From contig DEST01000090.1 of NCBI GenBank assembly GCA_002361365.1, forward strand, positions 1 through 50,038: a stretch of DNA of 50,038 nucleotides. The letters run 5' to 3'. Position 1 is the first letter of the stretch, and the number at the start of each line of letters is the position of its first letter. The notes under the pieces are model-generated. The model saw only the letters and a list, made by a program, of their open reading frames with translations, was not told where the DNA came from and searched no databases. Shown piece after piece: positions 44,844 to 50,038 of this stretch. The position numbers were made by a program, and so were the translations under genes. The stretch is from Alphaproteobacteria bacterium UBA3307. Lineage in GTDB: Bacteria; Pseudomonadota; Alphaproteobacteria; RF32; CAG-239.

Positions 44844-47800
44844 TTAATTCCTCCGGTTGCGCGCCACTTCAGGCAAACTGTAGCCCGAAACATTTTTATC
44901 TGCATCTACAAACGAACCGTTGCTCTTTATGTAGCCGATTTCCTGATTTTCGCCGGAAACAACGCGTCCATTTGCTGACAAGCGTCCTAAATAATCTCCG
45001 TTATTAGAAAGAACTGTATTGCCGATTGTATAAATATGACCTATGATATTATTTTGCTTATCTACAGCAAAACCATCAGTTAATATATGCCCGATAACAC
45101 TACCATTGCGATATACCTTACCATCAAATCCTACCACGCCCTTAACCGTGTCATCATTGCCTATAACAATATCACCGCTCACAACTTCTCCTAAAAACTG
45201 TCCGTCAGTGCTGATGACTTTGCCGTCTGATAACACACGACCTGCATACAGATGCTTGGTATCTGCAAATGTTCCGTCCGGTAAAACAGTTCCGATGATT
45301 TCTCCGGCAGAATCAATTACTATACCGGTTTGTAGCGCCACCAAATTGTTACTGTTACCACCTCCCGGTAGCAAAATCGACAGTATCGCGCCATCGGCAC
45401 CGATGACTGCACCGACATCGTTAGATATTCCGACCGGATTACCAAACACATCAACCATCACACTTTGTGGTAAAACCTCACCCACAACGCGATTTTCATT
45501 CAGCACCAAACCATCAGGAGCTGTGTATCCGGTAACTTCTCCAGCGTTGTATTGTTTACCTTCCGCATTGATTTGCGGTTCAGGTTCAATCACCTCTCCG
45601 GTCGGTACGGCATAACCTAAATATGTGCCGTCATATCCGCGAACTCCTCCCTGACGCACGACTGAGGCAATCAAACGTCCTTGCTCATCAAACATCTGTC
45701 CTTTTACATTGACCTTACCCACATACGTACCTTTATAATCCAACACTCTTAAATCATAGTTTATCTGACCGATGCGTTGTCCGCCAGTATCCACAATATG
45801 TGCCGGACGCACAAATTTTGCCGCCATACCGCCGTAAATTCCAACTTCTCCGCCGTTTATAACATCTACCGGCATACCATTTTCGTCATATACTTTACCG
45901 TCAGGAAACAAATGCCCGATTTTTTGACCGGCTGAATTATATAAAATATTTATCTCCGGAACAGCATAACCTACGATTTTACGATTTTTATCCGCCACAA
46001 GATTACCAAATATCACATGCGCTCCGCTAACATTTTTCAGTTGCGGATTTCCATATTTATCAAAAGTGCCAAGCGGTTTACCATCAAAGCTAAAGGCATA
46101 TTTTGCCGTAGAAATAGAGCCGATATATGCAGAATTTTTATCATATACATCACCATAAGCATTTGCACAGCCTATATAGTCTCCTTTAGAATTTCGCAAC
46201 ATACCGCCAGCCTCTAAAATGCCGAGCGGTTTCCAGCTACGACGCGAAATTACTACTTTTTTGTTGACTAAATGACCTTTAATGCGCGGTTGTTCCAAAT
46301 CTAAGACCGTGCCGTCCGGATTTAAGCAACCAACCTCTTGTCCGTCTGAATCACGCACATACCCATCGGCATTGGCCTCTCCTACATACGAGCATTCTTC
46401 ATCGTATACACTACCTGTTGGCATCACCCGACCGGCAAAAGCACCTTGTCCGGTCCAAACAGTACCATCAGCATAAATGCGATAATCCGTTTCAACGCCA
46501 TCGCGACGAATCACACCGTCTGCATCCAACTTAGTACTGAAATCACAACCCCAGTTGACAATATATCCATAGCGTACGCCTACTGCCAAAATTTTAGCTC
46601 CTGACACATCGGTTACCAACCCGTCCGGTCGCATTTTACCAACAACTTTTTGCTGATTTATGACTTCTCCTCGATTGTTGACTGTTCCTAAAACCGTACC
46701 GGCCGGAGTAATCGGCAACAAACTTTTATCAATCGCAGAGCCGATAATTTTGCGACCAAACGAACGAATATTGCCATTTACGTCTATCAGACCGATAATT
46801 TCTCCCTTAGCATTACGAACCACGCCCTTTGCATCTGCAAAGCCCAAAATTTTTCCGTTTTCATCAAGTCCCAATCTGGCTTTTTCTCCAACTTTGCCAA
46901 TAACGTTGCCATCTTCGTCTACAATATTACCATTCTCATCTACTTTACCGATTCGATTACCATTAAAATCATAAACATTACCGTCTTCGTCAACATAACC
47001 GATTACATTGCCGTCTTCATCTAACGCCAAACGGACGTTACGGCCGACTGTGCCTATAACATTGCCGGCACGGTCTTCAGTAATAACATTTCCGTTTTCA
47101 TCTACCTTGCCGATAACATTACCGTCAAAATCATGAGCAATTCCAAACTTATCAACATATCCGATAGGTTTTCCGTTTTCATCTAATACTACCCTATTTC
47201 CTGTACCGCGATGACCGATAATATTGCCATTAGCATCTACAATGTTGCCATTGGCATCTACACGGCCTATTACATTGCCTTTAAAGTCACGCACAATACC
47301 ATTTTCACCGATAATACCGATAGCATTGCCGTTTTCATCTACTGCAACGGAATCTCCTCCATAACCGATAATATTACCGTTGGTATCGCGAACAATGCCG
47401 TTTTCATCCATCGTTCCGATAATATTGCCATTTAAATCACGCACAACACCATTTTCGTCAACATAACCAATTACATTGCCGTTTTTATCATAAACTCTGT
47501 TATCTGACGAAGCGGCAGTACCTATCACCTTGCCGTCTTTATCTACCACATTTCCGTTTTTATCGACATAGCCGATAATATTGCCGTCTTTATCTCTTAC
47601 TACTTTACCCCCGGCGCCTCGATGGCCGATTACTTTGCCATTGACGTCTAATACTTGGCCGCTCGCGTCTACTCTGCCTATTACATTACCATCAAAGTCG
47701 CGTACTATTCCATCTTCTCCTATAAGACCTATTACTTTGCCATTTTCATCTACAGCTACTGCATCTCCGCTGTAACCGATTATCTTGCCGCTCGCATCTC

Positions 47801-49553
47801 TAACTACGCCGTTTTCATCTGCTCGGCCGATGATGTTACCTTCAAAGTCACGTACTGTCCCGTCTTCTTCTACATACCCAATTACATTGCCGTTCTCGTC
47901 ATACACCAATTTTTTACCATCGGTAAATCCTATTATTTTTCCGTTTTTATCTAACGCCAATTCTGTATCCTTACCGACAGAACCAACAATTTTTTGATTT
48001 GCTGTATTGCCTATAATGTTGCCGTCTTTATCAACATAACCTATGATATTGCCATTAGAATCGTGCACTAAACCATCTTCATCTATATAGCCGATTACAT
48101 TGCCGTTTTCATCTAAGGCCAAATCGTGCCATTCATCACTGACATGGCCGATAATATTGCCGTTTGTATCTACAACATTGCCATCTTTATCTACTTTACC
48201 GATAACATTACCGTTAAAATCGCGAACATTACCGTCTTCATCTACGTAGCCTATAATATTGCCGTTTTCATCATGAACAATCCGTGCTGCCGAACCGCGT
48301 TTGCCTATAATCTGCTTGTCTACCACCGTACCATCTGCGGCAACTTGCCCCACAATATTGCCATCGGCGTCAACCACATCTCCATTTGGCAATACAATAC
48401 CGACGACCTCGCCGTTTTCATTCAAAATCGCCTCACCGGCTTTGGCTACACGGCCAATAACATTTCCGTTTGCATCTACCACTTTTCCGTCTTTATCTAA
48501 TCTGCCGATAATATTGCCATTTAAATCAGTTACCGAGCCATCTTGATTAACCCTACCGATAATATTGCCGCTTGCATCGTACACATAGCCATAATCAGCC
48601 GCTTTGCCGATTACCTGACCATTTTCATCAACTACCGTTCCATCTGCCAGCATTGTACCGATAACATTGCCCTCCATATCATGAGCAACACCGTTTTCAT
48701 CAACATAGCCTATAACATTGCCGCTTTCATCCAAAATCAACTTACCATTACCGGCGACACCGATAATGTTGCCGTCCATATCGACAATCATACCATCATC
48801 ACGCAAACGACCGATTTCTCTGCCCTGAAAATCGCGTACAATACCATTTTCATCCACAATGCCAATAATTTCACCGTTAGGACCATATGCATAACGAGTT
48901 TTACCCTGTGGAGTGGCAGATATACTGTTTTTGCCGCCGTTGGTTTCGCAATAATTACAATCAGAAGGATTAAGTGCCGTACCATAAATTGAAACTTCAT
49001 CGTGCTTAGCACTCGAATCCTGCACGTTAGTTTCGTGCCACACAATTTTAAAGTTACTCTGAACACTTCCCGGCATAGACGGATTCCATTTAATTTTTAC
49101 GCTGCAAGTATTTTTACCGCGTAAATCGCGTTCTTTACAATCAGATTCATAATCAAATTCTGCCGATGCCGGAGCATCTTCAAGCTCTACCGATAAAACA
49201 CGAATTTCTTTGTGTCCATTGGTGCCGATTGTTAAAACACCGGTTGCCTCATTGCCGACAAAAATATTTCCTAGGTGAATTTCTTGAGGAATCATCGTAA
49301 TCGGACGTTCTACCGTACTTGGAGAATCAAACACAATTTCCGATGAATTATCTTGAACATCTTGTACGCCGGTTTTCAGCTCGTCTTGTGTATCGGTTTC
49401 CGGTATATAATGTTCAACCGGCTTTTCTTCTTCCGAGCCGAGCAAAAGCAAGCTGAACAAAAATACGCCCAACGTTACCAAACCGAAAATCATTATGATT
49501 CGGTTGGTTTTGCGTACATATCTGTCAGAATGGGTTAACGGCTCTTTACTCAT
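44844..49553 (-). CDS. Giant (1569 aa) membrane-anchored repeat protein. Architecture: short cytoplasmic N-terminus, TM helix, Ig-like (choice-of-anchor-D/ASH-like) domain, then about 1340 aa of 17-residue G-N-V-I-G-x-V-D-x-D-G-x-V-x-D-x-N repeats.
   Basis: An uninterrupted 4.7-kb ORF. TM helix at aa 18-39 (IIMIFGLVTLGVFLFSLLLLG). Aa 85-195 (HLGNIFVGNEATGVLTIGTNGHKEIRVLSVEL...CSVKIKWNPSMPGSVQSNFKIVW) look like an Ig-like beta-sandwich. The repeats run from aa ~222 to ~1560. It is 3 nt from the upstream gene and 2 nt from the downstream gene. Confidence 0.9.
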   Translation of the reverse strand: MSKEPLTHSDRYVRKTNRIIMIFGLVTLGVFLFSLLLLGSEEEKPVEHYIPETDTQDELKTGVQDVQDNSSEIVFDSPSTVERPITMIPQEIHLGNIFVGNEATGVLTIGTNGHKEIRVLSVELEDAPASAEFDYESDCKERDLRGKNTCSVKIKWNPSMPGSVQSNFKIVWHETNVQDSSAKHDEVSIYGTALNPSDCNYCETNGGKNSISATPQGKTRYAYGPNGEIIGIVDENGIVRDFQGREIGRLRDDGMIVDMDGNIIGVAGNGKLILDESGNVIGYVDENGVAHDMEGNVIGTMLADGTVVDENGQVIGKAADYGYVYDASGNIIGRVNQDGSVTDLNGNIIGRLDKDGKVVDANGNVIGRVAKAGEAILNENGEVVGIVLPNGDVVDADGNIVGQVAADGTVVDKQIIGKRGSAARIVHDENGNIIGYVDEDGNVRDFNGNVIGKVDKDGNVVDTNGNIIGHVSDEWHDLALDENGNVIGYIDEDGLVHDSNGNIIGYVDKDGNIIGNTANQKIVGSVGKDTELALDKNGKIIGFTDGKKLVYDENGNVIGYVEEDGTVRDFEGNIIGRADENGVVRDASGKIIGYSGDAVAVDENGKVIGLIGEDGIVRDFDGNVIGRVDASGQVLDVNGKVIGHRGAGGKVVRDKDGNIIGYVDKNGNVVDKDGKVIGTAASSDNRVYDKNGNVIGYVDENGVVRDLNGNIIGTMDENGIVRDTNGNIIGYGGDSVAVDENGNAIGIIGENGIVRDFKGNVIGRVDANGNIVDANGNIIGHRGTGNRVVLDENGKPIGYVDKFGIAHDFDGNVIGKVDENGNVITEDRAGNVIGTVGRNVRLALDEDGNVIGYVDEDGNVYDFNGNRIGKVDENGNIVDEDGNVIGKVGEKARLGLDENGKILGFADAKGVVRNAKGEIIGLIDVNGNIRSFGRKIIGSAIDKSLLPITPAGTVLGTVNNRGEVINQQKVVGKMRPDGLVTDVSGAKILAVGVRYGYIVNWGCDFSTKLDADGVIRRDGVETDYRIYADGTVWTGQGAFAGRVMPTGSVYDEECSYVGEANADGYVRDSDGQEVGCLNPDGTVLDLEQPRIKGHLVNKKVVISRRSWKPLGILEAGGMLRNSKGDYIGCANAYGDVYDKNSAYIGSISTAKYAFSFDGKPLGTFDKYGNPQLKNVSGAHVIFGNLVADKNRKIVGYAVPEINILYNSAGQKIGHLFPDGKVYDENGMPVDVINGGEVGIYGGMAAKFVRPAHIVDTGGQRIGQINYDLRVLDYKGTYVGKVNVKGQMFDEQGRLIASVVRQGGVRGYDGTYLGYAVPTGEVIEPEPQINAEGKQYNAGEVTGYTAPDGLVLNENRVVGEVLPQSVMVDVFGNPVGISNDVGAVIGADGAILSILLPGGGNSNNLVALQTGIVIDSAGEIIGTVLPDGTFADTKHLYAGRVLSDGKVISTDGQFLGEVVSGDIVIGNDDTVKGVVGFDGKVYRNGSVIGHILTDGFAVDKQNNIIGHIYTIGNTVLSNNGDYLGRLSANGRVVSGENQEIGYIKSNGSFVDADKNVSGYSLPEVARNRRN
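46734..48890 (-). repeat. Highly regular coding repeat array with a 51-nt (17-aa) period; about 43 G-x-[VI]-[IVL]-G cores by my count, with nested higher-order duplications
   Basis: Protein aa 222-940. Core spacing is exactly 17 aa in long stretches (for example G278, G295, G312). A 137-aa super-repeat (aa 550-686 versus 687-823) shares idiosyncratic elements at the same offsets (IGY[SG]GD[AS]VAVDENG; IGHRG[AT]G). Confidence 0.85.
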
Positions 49554-49556
49554 ATT

Positions 49557-50038
49557 CTATTGCGTCCTCACAACACTACAAAACACCCCGCCACGCCCGA
49601 GCTGACCGCAGATAGAATCTCCGGCTTCTAAATTTTGTATCGGGCCTACACGCAGATGAAACAATTCTTTACCCTGCCCGTCTGCCGGTGCGTCGACTGA
49701 ATAAAATGGCTCATATCCGCCTAAAATTCCGGAATACCTTCCTGATAAATCTTTCCACAGTTTTTCCAAATTATTTACACTGTCGTCCGTGCCCAGCTCT
49801 ATTGACAAACTTTCTCCCGATTGGCCGCTAAAGCCGGAGCCGTATTTATATTGTGGATACGGATTGGCAATATTTTTGCCTCCGGTAATATTACAATTAT
49901 TTCCGCTACAATTCATTGCCGGTAATTCAGACATTGCACTATTATCTGAGGTGATATTCATACTCATCAGACTGTTTTGTGCCGCATTGGGTACAATCAA
50001 TCCGCCATTAGGACCTTTGATATATCCGCCATTGCCGG
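49557..50038 (-). CDS. C-terminal part of a SPOR-domain (peptidoglycan-binding) protein; the ORF stays open to the window edge
   Basis: The last ~80 aa read SLSIELGTDDSVNNLEKLWKDLSGRYSGILGGYEPFYSVDAPADGQGKELFHLRVGPIQNLEAGDSICGQLGRGGVFCSVV. This fits the SPOR pattern: a beta-alpha-beta-beta-alpha-beta fold with the signature ...lyRlrvGP....A..lC..L...G..C.vv. The codons upstream of the track TTG start continue without a stop (…GNGGYIKGPNGG…). The stop is 3 nt before the giant repeat gene. Confidence 0.7.
   Translation of the reverse strand, partial: GNGGYIKGPNGGLIVPNAAQNSLMSMNITSDNSAMSELPAMNCSGNNCNITGGKNIANPYPQYKYGSGFSGQSGESLSIELGTDDSVNNLEKLWKDLSGRYSGILGGYEPFYSVDAPADGQGKELFHLRVGPIQNLEAGDSICGQLGRGGVFCSVVRTQ

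Noticed and set aside
45043-48992. Numerous plus-strand ORFs (for example 45043-45615, 46660-46974, 47581-47997, 48126-48500, 48543-48992) antisense to the giant repeat gene. Similar ones lie antisense to the VirB10-fusion gene (42277-42795, 43648-43944).
   Set aside because: They mirror the repeat periodicity of the minus-strand gene. The reverse complement of G-N-V-I-G codons yields stop-free P/I/T/L/S-rich strings. They have no RBS and a low-complexity composition, and they are fully nested in a 4.7-kb ORF with clear domain logic.
44844-49553. The periodic DNA could be mistaken for a CRISPR array or a satellite repeat.
   Set aside because: The ~51-nt period lies within one continuous ORF. 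The units are conserved at protein level, not DNA level, there is no alternation of identical repeats with unique spacers, and no cas genes are present.

Overview
This is a compact, mostly coding, moderately AT-rich chromosomal segment. Its gene content and order look alphaproteobacterial: lpxI-lpxB-comEC, an IalB-family protein, rpoZ-spoT-DUF2062-acpS, lptF/G-lptD-surA-rsmA without pdxA, and rpmH-rnpA-yidD-yidC-engB. The tight packing, overlapping convergent stops and several orphan secreted proteins suggest a host-associated or endosymbiont-like lineage; that is inference only. About 38 kb is housekeeping: LPS biogenesis, translation, the stringent response, topoisomerase IV, YidC and one tRNA-Gly(CCC).

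The standout region is the right-hand ~11.6 kb (38.4-50.0 kb, minus strand). It is one tightly coupled operon that runs off the window edge. In transcription order it encodes:
- a SPOR-domain protein (partial);
- a 1569-aa membrane-anchored protein made almost entirely of a 17-residue Gly/Asp/Asn repeat;
- a 1425-aa protein in which about 870 aa of the same repeat family sit between the N-terminal anchor and a clear VirB10/TrbI C-terminal domain;
- a VirB11-type ATPase;
- a multi-pass membrane protein where virD4 would normally sit.

I read this as a non-canonical, possibly undescribed type IV secretion-related envelope apparatus.

Secondary points of interest:
- a very AT-rich three-gene glycan-modification islet (WecF-like GT56, BKACE, NeuD/PglD-like acyltransferase) downstream of parE;
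- a secreted GH24 lysozyme-like protein whose catalytic domain appears split by a triple-repeat insertion;
- an oversized orphan GT5 glycogen-synthase-like gene.

I found no rRNA, CRISPR array, transposase or integrase. Several ORF-track entries are over-extended at the N-terminus, and I re-called those starts from RBS and homology context.
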